From a virus, in IMG/VR virus record IMGVR_UViG_3300037234_000386, positions 8,324 through 72,323 of that record: a stretch of DNA of 64,000 bases; one strand, written 5' to 3'. Shown here one piece after another: positions 46,952-58,200 of this stretch. The number at the start of each line of letters is the position of its first letter. Position 1 is the first letter of the stretch. The position numbers were made by a program, and so were the translations under genes. The notes beneath the pieces were generated by a model, which worked only from the letters and a program-made list of their open reading frames with translations, was not told the DNA's origin and made no database searches.

Positions 46952-47662
46952 ATGGCATACTTAACGCTTTTTAAACAATGGGAACTGGTAGAATACATCG
47001 CCAACAAAGATTATCAGGGTAATGTAATTGAACCGGATAGATTTGCTCAGTTGGTAAAAGTTGTTAATATGGACTTGTTTAAAGTAAAAATGGGTCTTCC
47101 AGAAGATTTTAAGATAGGAATGCCATTATCAAGACAATATTTGGATGCCAATCAGACTTTTACAGACGAAACAAAATTCCTTAAAGAAAGAGTTCCTGCA
47201 CAAGTTGTTACCACGGGAGTAATTGCGTATCCTTCCGATTATTTTAGGTTTGATGCAATGACATACGGTTATCAAAGAAATATTGACGGAACTCCAACAG
47301 TTATTCCAAAGATAGTAAACATGCTAACCGTAGCAGATTACTCGGATAGGGCAGGTAATTACACAAAACAACCAACAATAAAGAATCCAGTATGTGTTAC
47401 TAGAAACGATGGTATCTATGTTTATCCAATAACAATAGTAGCCGTAGATTTTAATTACATAAAATATCCAGTAGAACCTGTTTTCGCATACAATCAAGAA
47501 GCGGGATACATAACAGAAGATGCTGGGGGTTCAACTCAATATGAATGGCCCGAAATATTACTGATGGATTTGACACGAAGAATACTGTCATACATAGGTA
47601 TTAACCTGAGAGAGAAGGAGCTACAGCAATATGCAGAAGTTCATAAAGCAATGGGAGACTAA
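46952..47662 (+). CDS. Tail tube / ring (adaptor) protein candidate
   Basis: NKDYQG.I.PDRF, YPSDYFR, VYP..I..V...YIKYP.EP, YIGINLRE motifs resembling crAss-like ring proteins. Confidence 0.6.
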   Translation: MAYLTLFKQWELVEYIANKDYQGNVIEPDRFAQLVKVVNMDLFKVKMGLPEDFKIGMPLSRQYLDANQTFTDETKFLKERVPAQVVTTGVIAYPSDYFRFDAMTYGYQRNIDGTPTVIPKIVNMLTVADYSDRAGNYTKQPTIKNPVCVTRNDGIYVYPITIVAVDFNYIKYPVEPVFAYNQEAGYITEDAGGSTQYEWPEILLMDLTRRILSYIGINLREKELQQYAEVHKAMGD

Positions 47663-47677
47663 TTAATATACATTATC

Positions 47678-47785
47678 ATGAAAAAAGGTGGAGCAAAAAA
47701 GACGGTTAAAAAGACCACAAGTAGCAATGGTAAGAAGACAGTAACGAAAACGACTTCTAGAGCGAAGCCAATACGTAGGTACTAA
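47678..47785 (+). CDS. 35-aa Lys/Thr-rich micropeptide (not in the ORF track)
   Basis: MKKGGAKKTVKKTTSSNGKKTVTKTTSRAKPIRRY; AT-rich leader; TAATG overlap with the next gene. Confidence 0.55.
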   Translation: MKKGGAKKTVKKTTSSNGKKTVTKTTSRAKPIRRY

Positions 47786-48426
47786 TGAGGAAAATTGAGC
47801 TACAGGAACTTGTATTAGATTATTTATCGGGAGGTGATGCGCCTTCCGATGTAAGAGGTAAATATCACTCTGAGATTATTAACAATCATGTTAATTTAGC
47901 TTACAACGGTGTTGTTTTCAAGATATACATGGAGGGCAAATCTTATAGTGACTATAGTATGCTCGATGCATGGGCTAGAAACTACACGATCACTATTACA
48001 GATATAGATGAACCCAAAGGAAACGTATTATTACCCTATCCACCAGTACAATTGCCTAATAACATGGGAATATTACAATTAACTCCTTCAGATGATTTAG
48101 TGAATGCTTTTGCTTATAGAGAAACGAATGCCAACGCTGTGTTTGCAGCATTAGAAGTCGCTGCAGTAAGCACAAGGCCTACGTTTTACATGGAGCAGAA
48201 CACAGGATCGGGAGTAAACACCCATGTATTAAAGTTAGACAAGATACCAAGTGGATGCACAGAAGTCTTTTTAAAACTAATTGTCCCATTGGAACAGGTT
48301 GATGATTATGACACCATTGCAATACCAGCAGGGAATGAAGAAAAAATAATAGGGTTTGTAATAGACCTATTAAGAGGCAAGCGAGATCAAGACACTGTTA
48401 ACGATGGAATAGCTAATCAGAAATAA
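47785..48426 (+). CDS. Tail ring/adaptor protein candidate
   Basis: Position in tail module; size. Confidence 0.55.
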   Translation: MRKIELQELVLDYLSGGDAPSDVRGKYHSEIINNHVNLAYNGVVFKIYMEGKSYSDYSMLDAWARNYTITITDIDEPKGNVLLPYPPVQLPNNMGILQLTPSDDLVNAFAYRETNANAVFAALEVAAVSTRPTFYMEQNTGSGVNTHVLKLDKIPSGCTEVFLKLIVPLEQVDDYDTIAIPAGNEEKIIGFVIDLLRGKRDQDTVNDGIANQK

Positions 48427-48436
48427 AAATTGAATT

Positions 48437-49195
48437 ATGTCTTTGACGAATCCGAAATCAGCAGGAACTACTACAATAAATTATGTTGTAATGAGTATTT
48501 TAAACAGGCTCAAACAGTATTCTATGCGTAATTATTCTTACTTAGAGCAGATTCTAATTGAAGGTTACACAGATTTGAACATGTGGCATTTGAATAATAT
48601 TGAGGTTGTTTATTTACGAATGTCAGAAGCTAAGACGGTGACGTTGCCATGCGATTTTATTGACTACTGCAAGATTGGAATCCCAATAAACGGTAAGATC
48701 AGAGTACTTACTAATGATGAAAATATATTATTTCCAAGAAAATTTGCCGATGGAGAAGATGTTGGAAACGTAGGGGATAATGTGAATTCAAATTTATATT
48801 TCACTAATCATTATTGTGGCAGCAACTATGTAAATAGTCTATATGGTCTATCAGGAGGTGTTGATGGTGCCAAATATAGGGTTGATAAAGAAAAAAGGAC
48901 AATAATATTTTCTGGTTCCGTTCCAAGAGCAGAAATTGTTTTAGAATACATTTCATCTGGAGTAAGTTTACAGGGAACAACAGTTATTCCAAGAGAAGCG
49001 GTTTCCACACTAAGAGCTTATTTATTGTGGCAAATCATTGAGAACGATAGGAAGGTATCCATGAATGAAAAGGAGCGAAAAAAAGCACAATACGAAGAAG
49101 AGGTTGCTGCAATGAGGTTCTTCCAACTTGCACCAACAGCAGACGAATACAGACGAAATCTTTATAAGAGTATTAAACAGTCTATTAAAAGATAA
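48437..49195 (+). CDS. Tail ring/adaptor protein candidate
   Basis: LPCDFIDY.KIG, IVLEYISSG motifs; upstream of the stabilization protein. Confidence 0.6.
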   Translation: MSLTNPKSAGTTTINYVVMSILNRLKQYSMRNYSYLEQILIEGYTDLNMWHLNNIEVVYLRMSEAKTVTLPCDFIDYCKIGIPINGKIRVLTNDENILFPRKFADGEDVGNVGDNVNSNLYFTNHYCGSNYVNSLYGLSGGVDGAKYRVDKEKRTIIFSGSVPRAEIVLEYISSGVSLQGTTVIPREAVSTLRAYLLWQIIENDRKVSMNEKERKKAQYEEEVAAMRFFQLAPTADEYRRNLYKSIKQSIKR

Positions 49196-52100
49196 TGCAG
49201 AATAAAGACAACATATTGCCAGTAGGAGGGATGAATGCAGATGATGATCCTAGATTCTTTGAGAAAGGGGATTATCTTGAAGCTGGAAATATTCAGATTG
49301 GTTCAAATCAAGACCAGGGGGACTTTGGATTGGTTCAAACACTAAGATCAACCAAGGATACTTCATTTCCTAGTCTTTCTACAGAAAATTGGACTTATGC
49401 TGTAGAAGAATTAGGTAAGGCTGTAGATAAAAAAAATAATAAGGTATATGTGTTATCCTACATAAAAGATATTTATAATTTTGACGAACAAGGAGTTGAG
49501 CCTGATTTATTTGTTATATACAAACACGATTTAGTAACAGGTGTAATCAGCGTAATATTCCAACAACGAGCTAGCGCGTGGAATCTTAGTAAATGGGATT
49601 CATCTATGACTAAATTTTACAATCCGGTTATCGTCGATAATAATTTGATTTGGACTGATAATGTCAATGACATTAGAATGATAGATGTTAATAGGATGGA
49701 AGTTAGCTACGGTACAGGTATAACTACAGCTGTATTTTGGGATGGTAACGTTGCTTATATCAATGGCTATAATCAAGGAGACTATATATATTATCAAGAA
49801 AAAGTTTATCTTGTATTACAAAATACATCGGGAGTAGATATTGTTCCAATAGAAGATCCTGCTTATTATGAATATAAGTGTTTAATTTTAGACTGTTATT
49901 TAGACGTAAGCGATCCAAATAATTTTGTATTAGCAGCACTTCCTCCATTAATAGCAGCAACGCCTATTTATGGAACAGATCCTTTTAGGGCAATTAATCA
50001 ACTTAGAGGTAGAGTTTTCCAGTTTTCCTACAGATACATTTATATTGATTGGAGGAAAAGCACATTTGCACCTCCTAGTATAATTGCGCCACCTAATAAC
50101 GAAGAAAACACATCTGGAGTACCAGATCCTAACACTGCTTTAAACAACCTCATAAACATAACAATTAACACAGGTAACGAAGAGGTAAGGGCTATTGAAA
50201 TAATAGTTAGAGATTCTGATGATATATCCGTGTGGTATCAGATAAATAAAATAAATTTATTTAATGAAAATGGGTGGAGATTATATTCTGCTCATAATAA
50301 TATTACGTTTCCTTTTTATAATGATTTTTCTAAAATAGCAATTGACAGAACACTTGTCTACACTTTATTTTCATATGTGCCAATAAAAGCAAAGCACATG
50401 GAACTAATAGAGGGAAATAGGCTTGTTTTTGGCAATATTACAGAGGGTTATGGTAATATTTATAACAACGTAACATTAAGCTTATCTTGGGTTGATTTGG
50501 GATTTATTGGTGTTTCTAAAACAAATTTCCTTTTTGAATTTGAAAGAGAACCAAGCCAAACAATGCCGGCAGGATGGGAAGATTGGCAAATAAGAATAAC
50601 AATACCTACATTCACGCCACAAACGAACGGGTCTTTTGTTTTAAGATTTAAGCTATCAACAGATAACGATTGGAGGCAGATTTCGCACGACTACATTGTA
50701 GGAGATGCCTATCCGTCTTCTGTAAAGTCAGCTTTAGTTACTTTATTTATTGCAGAATGGGGTGTTGATAATACAGACGTTTGTTACCGACCAACAGATT
50801 ATTCATCATGTGTATTCCCCAGAACAAGATATCGACTTAACGCATATAGTGTTTATGCAGATATGGAGTGGGATGGCTATTTCATTACAAGTGGAGCTGA
50901 TACTGTTGAAAAATATCCAGTGCTTAAAGTAGGGTCAAACCATAGTTGGGGCATCGTATATCGGGATAAGGTTGGAAGAATATCACCAATTGTCGGCGGT
51001 GGTGAAATTGTAAAATACATTCCTTTTTATACGGAAGATAATGCTATTGAATCAAGCTTCCTGCCAGTAATAGATATCAATATAAACCACACTCCTCCAT
51101 CATGGTCAGAGAGTTATGAAATAGTTTATGCTGGAAACAAATCAATTTCATGGTTCTTATCATTATTTGGTTATGAAATGACATATGGAAAAATAGACCA
51201 TGACGATCCAGATGATGAAGGTAGCGAAGGATCTCAGTCTTATCGAATAAAAATAGCAGAGTCACAGCAAAATGCTCGTAATTTTTGGGACAATTGGTCT
51301 GTAGAGGAATACGTTTGGGAAAAAGGAGATCGTATTAGAATCATAGGAAGATACTCTTCCAATAATTTAATAGAATTAGAAGGTGGAATTTGGGACACCG
51401 AAATAGCTGGTGTTTACACTGATACTGATTGGGAAAATTGGGATAGTGAAACCGAAGAAATTCTTCAAACATGGGTATATTTTAAAACATCTTCAGCTAT
51501 TGATTTATCTTCATATATTTCGGCAAAAGAAAGTATATATTTTGAAATTTATAGGCCAGCAAAAGAACTATCTACCGAATTATTTTTTACAACAGGAATG
51601 ACTTTTGAGATAGAAACAGATCTGTATGGGAATAAGTATCATAAGGGAAACACTAATCAAGTGTTAAATACATCGGGGAGTTCAATTTCTCCAGCTATAG
51701 TTAGAAACACAGCACATGATGCGTGGAAATACATAAGAAATTTTAGGAATGATGAAGGTGCTGAGTCTGTTGCTTTTTGGGCAGAAAGCCAATATGCAAG
51801 CGACTGGTATATAACACAGAAATTAACTTCATCAGGAACCCCTATTCCAGATTTAGACAGCTTACAGCAAAATATATTGACTAAAAGATACAGGCATGGA
51901 GGACAAGTAAGTATTGGCTCTCAAACAAATAACATTGCTAAGTTTGACTTTGATGATTTTGATGATCTAAAAGATGAACATGGAGATATTGAAGGATTAA
52001 GGATGATTGGATTTGTTTTAAAAACAATACAGCAATCAAAAGTTTCCAGTGTATTTATAAATAGACAAGAATCATATAATGCAGCGGGGGATTCAGACTA

Positions 52101-52947
52101 TCAACTTATAAACAAAGTATTCGGTAGTGTTCGTCCAAGTTTAGAAAATTGGGGAACAGATCATCCAGACAGTGTTGAGGTCAACGATAGACATTTATAT
52201 TTTTGGGATCAATCAGAAGGTATTGTAGTAAGAGATGCACCGAATGGAGCTATTGCCATTAGCAATAAGAAAATGAAGCGTTATTTCACAGATTTAGCGA
52301 AAACGTTAGATTCAGAAGATACCGAAAACCAAAGAGTTGTTTTTTCGTATTCAAAAGAAACGGATGAGTTGTTTTGTTTGTTTGGAAACAGCGATGCTTC
52401 AAAACAAATAATAACATTTTCGGAAAAGAACACCAGATGGAGAAGAACAATAGACTTAGCCTTTCAGCTTGGAGTATTTTATTGGATAGGGAAGCGTTTA
52501 TTTCATGCGAACAACAATAAATTATCTGAATGGTGGAGAGGCACTGATTATCAAAAAATAGGTGGAACAGAGAGAGAGGGAGTCTTAACTCTTTATAGCA
52601 ACACTGATCCAGCAAAAGTAAAAACATTTGATTCAATAATTGTTTATCAAACAGGAGCAAGACCAAAATTTACATCTATTGAAATACCAGAAAAGGCATC
52701 GGCAGTATCTTCATTAATGAAAACGTATATTTACGATGTTAATATTAAAGAAAAAGAAGGTGTGTTTTATTGTCAAATTCTTAGAGATATAAATGATCCT
52801 AGACCATTGACTGATAACCAGAAACTAATGAACGGTAGAAGGTTAAGAGGTTTATATGCAAAAGTATCATTAAAATTCACAGGAACGGATAAAATCACCT
52901 TATCAAATATAATAGTGTTATCAACACCTAGCGAAAGAAGTCAATAA
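49195..52947 (+). CDS. Tail stabilization / nozzle protein (P22 gp10-like, crAss muzzle-like)
   Basis: GGMNADDD N-terminus, LIWTDNVNDIRMID, FQFSYRYIY, NRLVFGNITEGY, KEKEG..Y, NGRRLRGLY C-terminus. Confidence 0.75.
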   Translation: MQNKDNILPVGGMNADDDPRFFEKGDYLEAGNIQIGSNQDQGDFGLVQTLRSTKDTSFPSLSTENWTYAVEELGKAVDKKNNKVYVLSYIKDIYNFDEQGVEPDLFVIYKHDLVTGVISVIFQQRASAWNLSKWDSSMTKFYNPVIVDNNLIWTDNVNDIRMIDVNRMEVSYGTGITTAVFWDGNVAYINGYNQGDYIYYQEKVYLVLQNTSGVDIVPIEDPAYYEYKCLILDCYLDVSDPNNFVLAALPPLIAATPIYGTDPFRAINQLRGRVFQFSYRYIYIDWRKSTFAPPSIIAPPNNEENTSGVPDPNTALNNLINITINTGNEEVRAIEIIVRDSDDISVWYQINKINLFNENGWRLYSAHNNITFPFYNDFSKIAIDRTLVYTLFSYVPIKAKHMELIEGNRLVFGNITEGYGNIYNNVTLSLSWVDLGFIGVSKTNFLFEFEREPSQTMPAGWEDWQIRITIPTFTPQTNGSFVLRFKLSTDNDWRQISHDYIVGDAYPSSVKSALVTLFIAEWGVDNTDVCYRPTDYSSCVFPRTRYRLNAYSVYADMEWDGYFITSGADTVEKYPVLKVGSNHSWGIVYRDKVGRISPIVGGGEIVKYIPFYTEDNAIESSFLPVIDININHTPPSWSESYEIVYAGNKSISWFLSLFGYEMTYGKIDHDDPDDEGSEGSQSYRIKIAESQQNARNFWDNWSVEEYVWEKGDRIRIIGRYSSNNLIELEGGIWDTEIAGVYTDTDWENWDSETEEILQTWVYFKTSSAIDLSSYISAKESIYFEIYRPAKELSTELFFTTGMTFEIETDLYGNKYHKGNTNQVLNTSGSSISPAIVRNTAHDAWKYIRNFRNDEGAESVAFWAESQYASDWYITQKLTSSGTPIPDLDSLQQNILTKRYRHGGQVSIGSQTNNIAKFDFDDFDDLKDEHGDIEGLRMIGFVLKTIQQSKVSSVFINRQESYNAAGDSDYQLINKVFGSVRPSLENWGTDHPDSVEVNDRHLYFWDQSEGIVVRDAPNGAIAISNKKMKRYFTDLAKTLDSEDTENQRVVFSYSKETDELFCLFGNSDASKQIITFSEKNTRWRRTIDLAFQLGVFYWIGKRLFHANNNKLSEWWRGTDYQKIGGTEREGVLTLYSNTDPAKVKTFDSIIVYQTGARPKFTSIEIPEKASAVSSLMKTYIYDVNIKEKEGVFYCQILRDINDPRPLTDNQKLMNGRRLRGLYAKVSLKFTGTDKITLSNIIVLSTPSERSQ

Positions 52948-52962
52948 TTTAAAATATATATT

Positions 52963-53661
52963 ATGAGTTTTTGGGCAAGTTTATTATCTTCTGATGAAGA
53001 AGAGGGCAGCAGTAAAAGTGGAGATAGTGGAGATAGTGGTAGCTGGTGGAGTAGTAGCGACACTTCTGACAGCGGTTCTATTGGTAGTGCTTTAGAAGCA
53101 GCAGACCTTGCTGGAAACTTAATTGGTGGAATTCAAGGAGCCAAAATGGGTAGAGAACAGGAGCAAAGGGGAAAGGATTTGAGAGCAGAAGCAGCTGCAT
53201 TATCAGCACAATACGAAAGACCTGAATTCAATACTCCAGAAGCTATTAACCTTATGATGCAAGGTATTCAAGGTAGACAATACCAAAACATGCCTGGATA
53301 TAACATTGCACAAGGTCAATTAGGACAATCGACAGCACAAGGAGCAACTGCTATTGGTGAAATGGGAGCTGGTGCTGAGAGTATTGGAGCAATGGCTAAT
53401 CTATATTCTAATCAAATGGGAGCGCAGAGTAATTTAGCAATGCAAAACGCTCAATATAGAGATAAGGGGCAAATGGAATATTTGGGTGCTTTAGAAGGAC
53501 AGGCAGAATGGCAACAAAAAGAGTGGGAATGGAACGAAGCAGATCCTTATATTCAAGCACAACAAAAAGCAGCCCAATTAGATATGATGGGAAGACAGAT
53601 GGAATGGGGAGGTGTTGATACGAGAATGGGATCTTGGCAAGAGGCTTTGAGTGGAGTATAG
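52963..53661 (+). CDS. Internal virion / ejection protein candidate
   Basis: Gly/Ala/Gln/Met-rich; position after the tail genes. Confidence 0.6.
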   Translation: MSFWASLLSSDEEEGSSKSGDSGDSGSWWSSSDTSDSGSIGSALEAADLAGNLIGGIQGAKMGREQEQRGKDLRAEAAALSAQYERPEFNTPEAINLMMQGIQGRQYQNMPGYNIAQGQLGQSTAQGATAIGEMGAGAESIGAMANLYSNQMGAQSNLAMQNAQYRDKGQMEYLGALEGQAEWQQKEWEWNEADPYIQAQQKAAQLDMMGRQMEWGGVDTRMGSWQEALSGV

Positions 53662-53693
53662 TAAAATTTTAAATAAGAATAATACAGACAACC

Positions 53694-55253
53694 ATGGCAA
53701 CAAAAGGAACAGATCCGATGGGTATAGGTGTACCGACTAGTTATACACCTGTTCATAATCCTATGGAAACAATTAGGAGATCATGGGAAACGACTAGGCA
53801 AAATAGGTTAATTAAGCAAGAGAATAAGCGACAGGACTATAAGGAAAAGCGAGAGGCGTTGCCTACTTTTGAAGCTGTCAACCAGAAGGTTGGTGGTGTT
53901 TTAAATGAAATGACCGAAGATTTAAGAAATTATTATCTAGAAGAATCTAAGAAAGGTGATTTTGAAGCATTTACTGATAATCTAACGAAAAAAGGCAGAG
54001 CTGTCCAAGCTAGGATGAATGAGAAAGAAAGACAAATAATTGAGCATGGAAAAGCTTATAGTGCTATGGTTCCGAAATACAAAGCAGCTTATGACTTCAC
54101 AACCAATCCTAAGAATTACGAAAACATAGATTGGGAAACTACTCAAGAAAGAATGAACTCGTTTGAAACGGGGGATTTACAAAGCATGACAAATGCTGTT
54201 TCTGAAGGATTAGTGGAAATGAAAGCTACTCCTGTAGATATTCAAAAATGGAAGAGAGACAATATTGAAATGTATATTCCGGAAGAGACTGTTGAAATTT
54301 CTAGCGAAAAAATAGATGAGACAACAGGTAAAATTAGAATTGAAGATATTAAATATAAAGATCCGAAAGAAGCTGCTAGACAGATGAGATTAATGTATAA
54401 TGATGCTCCTGAAAAGATTCAAAAGTATCTTCAAAAAGAATATGAAGCTGCACCAGAGGCAGAAAAAACAACTAAAGATGGTCTTGTAATAGGTGTTGAT
54501 GATTGGTTCGTATCAAAACACATGCCTTCATATGGAAAACAGATTGGAGTAAAATATTACGCAGGAAAACCAACAGGAAGAGGAGGATTCTCTTTGAACT
54601 TTCCGGGAAGAAACGACAAAGGAGTTTATGATTTTAAGGAGTCTGCTCAAACAAAAGTATTAGGAACACCGGCTTATACGTCAGATGGAGAAACGCCAAC
54701 AGCAAATTATACATCGGCAGCAACTATTAATTTACAAGGAGCATATAAAAAACCTATTATAATGGGTGATTCACCAGGTAACGTAGATACTCAAACAGGT
54801 GAAAGAGCTAAGGCAGGAGCAGCAGCATCGAATGTTCCAGTAGATGTTTCGTTCCATCCTGTAGCAACATCCGAAATAACGGTGTCAATGCCAAATGGAA
54901 AAGAAGCTACCTTTGCTGCAGGAGAACGCATACCAGATGATGCTATTGCTAAAATGACACCAGAAGACAGGGCAAAAACCCAATACGGTGCATTCTTAAC
55001 ATCACTCACAGGATATAAAAAAGCAACGGAATCTTGGGAAAAGGGAGTAGCAGGGATAGATTATGATCCTGCATCGTATAGCCAAACAACAATAAGACCA
55101 TGGAATGAGTCTAAAGGAGCTTTAAAATCGGTATCTGATTCAGATGGCAATTTCAAGTTTGATGAATTGAATACTAATGTTAACGAAATGCTAAAACAGC
55201 TTAATGCTAACACGGCAGACGATACAGATGAGTTATTTGAAGATCTTTTTTAA
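53694..55253 (+). CDS. Internal virion / ejection protein candidate
   Basis: Position; helical N-half. Confidence 0.55.
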   Translation: MATKGTDPMGIGVPTSYTPVHNPMETIRRSWETTRQNRLIKQENKRQDYKEKREALPTFEAVNQKVGGVLNEMTEDLRNYYLEESKKGDFEAFTDNLTKKGRAVQARMNEKERQIIEHGKAYSAMVPKYKAAYDFTTNPKNYENIDWETTQERMNSFETGDLQSMTNAVSEGLVEMKATPVDIQKWKRDNIEMYIPEETVEISSEKIDETTGKIRIEDIKYKDPKEAARQMRLMYNDAPEKIQKYLQKEYEAAPEAEKTTKDGLVIGVDDWFVSKHMPSYGKQIGVKYYAGKPTGRGGFSLNFPGRNDKGVYDFKESAQTKVLGTPAYTSDGETPTANYTSAATINLQGAYKKPIIMGDSPGNVDTQTGERAKAGAAASNVPVDVSFHPVATSEITVSMPNGKEATFAAGERIPDDAIAKMTPEDRAKTQYGAFLTSLTGYKKATESWEKGVAGIDYDPASYSQTTIRPWNESKGALKSVSDSDGNFKFDELNTNVNEMLKQLNANTADDTDELFEDLF

Positions 55254-55266
55254 AAAAAGCAATCGC

Positions 55267-58200
55267 ATGAGTACAGGAAAAGAAAATAACAGTAAGAAAA
55301 TCGCAGATGTATCTACAAAAGAGGCATTTAAAAACCTTAGCGACAAATTTATTAGTAGTCCTCGTTTTCAGGAACTAGATGAAAAAAAGAAAGTAGAATC
55401 TTTAAATAAATTTTACGATAAGTTTGGTGACGATTATGTAACCCAACAGGGAGTAAAAGATCCTATCAAAAAGCAGAACCTAAGAGACAAGTGGATAACA
55501 ACCAATACTCCTGCACCTTCAAAAAAAAAAGATTTGGCTATGCCAGATTTTGGAAAAGCTTTTTTACAAGAACCTGTCCACACTGCGGATGCGACACGCG
55601 TAGCACCAACAAAAGACATTGATATTGAAAGAAAGTTAACGAGCACCTTTACAAATCCAACAAAAGATCCTAAAATAGAAGAGGAGTTAAGCTTAAACCT
55701 CGAAAAGGTAACACCAGTTAGAGAAGCCAAAGCAGAAACGGCATCTATGGAAGAACCGGGTTATATGGGATCGTTTTTCAACAAATTCAAAGCAGGATCA
55801 TCAAGAATGGGTGCTGGTATAGCGAGAGTACCATCATTTGTTTATGATATAGCAGCAATTCCACAGAATTTATTTGTAGATAAAATTTTAAAAAGGAAAG
55901 ATTTACAGGTAAGATCGCCAGAATGGCTAAGGGACAACCCTATTGCGGAATATTATGATGCTCAGGTTGATTATTTGACCAAAAACACTAAACAGTATGA
56001 CAATACCATTACTGGTTATTTAAAGGCAGGAGAATACGATAAGGCACTAGGATTAACAGGACTTGAAGTATCTGAGTCTTTGCCACTAATGATAGGTTTA
56101 GCTATGGGTGGAATAGCGGGAGCACCTGCATCGGTAACTATTCCTGCAATAGGATTAGAAGTTGGCGCAGAAAAGCAAAAGCAAATTGAAGATGTAGATA
56201 TTTCTGAGGCTGGAAAAACTTATAATTCGATAGTCACAGGATTAGCGGAAGGAGCTTTTGAGACAATAGGTACAATAAAAATAGCCGCGATAGGTGCACA
56301 GTTATTTAAAAAGGTTGGAAAAAAGGAAGCCCAGAAGATAGTTAAAACAGGGTACAAAAAGACCATGGAGAATGCCATGAAAAGATTTTATCCTGTAACT
56401 GGTGCTGTTGGTGAAGGATTAGAAGAATCAGCCACTCAATTCACTGAGAATTTAACAGACAGATGGACAGGAGTAGATCCAGACAGAAATCCTATGGATG
56501 GAGTTGGCGATGCGTTTATAGTTGGTATGGCAGCTGGTGGAGGTGTTACTACAGGTGTTAAAATTGCTCAAAAGGGAACTGAATTAACACAGAAAAAAGG
56601 GAAAAAGTCAGAGGTTGAAGAAAAGCTAGAAATAGTTGGAGAAACGAAAGGTGAGGTTACGGAAGACCAACCATCATATAAAATAGGTGAAACTACATTT
56701 GAGACAAAAGAGGAATTTCTTGGTGAAGTAGAAAAACTGAAAGGAAAAAAAGACACTCCACCAATAGAAGTTAACAATGATGAGACTACGTTAAACGAAG
56801 TTTCCACTATATTAAAACCAGAAGTTGATAAAAAGGATATTTCCAAGGTTAACGAGGTTACTATTGAAGGAGAACAATTTGCTGTTACGGACAGAGATAT
56901 TGATGGAGTAACTGTTAAGCAAAAAGGTGTTCCAGAAAAAGATGCCAAATATAAAGAACTAACTAATGAAGAATTTTCAACTCTAATACAAAAAGATGAG
57001 CCCACAACAGATATTACTGGAAAAGGAGAGGTTAGCGAGACTATTGATAGTAAAGAGAAAGCGGATGCAGTTACAGAAGAGTCTACTTCTGACAGAGCAA
57101 AAGAAATGCCTGGTGAAACAGGATTAGAGCAAAGAGAGAATTTGATAAAAGAGTTAGAAACCAAAACAGATAGGAATGCCAGAGAAGATTTCCTTCTTGA
57201 AGAGGCGAAGACTCATGTTGAATATACCAAAGAGAGACAGGGCATTATATCTGAGGAAAAGACCAAACTTAAAGAAGATGGTTTTGATGTAGGTAAAATG
57301 GAAAATTCACAAGTTGCTCTTTATGAAAATGAGACCGTGGATGGAATGGCAATGGATATTATTGGGACCATAAAAAAAGGAGAGGTCTTTGATGAAATAG
57401 ATTTTCCTGATTTGCCAAGTGGAACTGAATATGCAGCTGTTCAGAAAAACATTGAAGATCACATTGAAAATGGAGCTGAATTAACGCCCGAATCACAACA
57501 AGCTATAGAAACTATCTCTAATGGTATCAAAAGCCGAAGAATGAACGTGCTGGGAGGTCAGCAAATAGATATTAGAGAACTTGAAGAAGAAGCTATTGTC
57601 AAAAGAATGGCAAAAGACTCTCCTGCACTTATAAAAAGTCTTATGGATGTTTATGGAGAGTCTATTCCTGAAACATCTGAGGAGATTATTGAATTTGTAG
57701 ATAATTTAGATACTGACGAAACATTAAAACTTTACAGCTATGGAAAACAAGCAGAACAAAAAGGAAAAGTTATCGGTGGAGAAGAGGGCGGCATTAGCAG
57801 CGTACCATCTGGAAAAGAAGTTAAAGAAGCAAAAAAAGAACCTTCCGGAGGAGAAGTAATTGTTACTAAAAAAATAAAGAAGGTCGTTAAATATGACAAA
57901 TACGGTAATCTTATTAAACCAAAAGCTGTCAGGGTATCAAAGGAAGAGATTGAGAAGCACAAAACCATTAAAGAATATCCGGAAGAGTTTCAGGGCTTTG
58001 TTAACGACCTAGTTAATAATGAGGAATTTTTAATAGGTATCGATGTTCCTAATTCCTTTAAACAATTGCAACCGATGATTAAAAATATTATTGAGGGCAA
58101 AAAGACTGTTGGAGCAAATAATTTACTTGATTGGTTAGAGGAATCTCATAGCAAAGGAGAAATTCACTTTAAGAAAACGAAGACACAGCCAGCATTCTCA

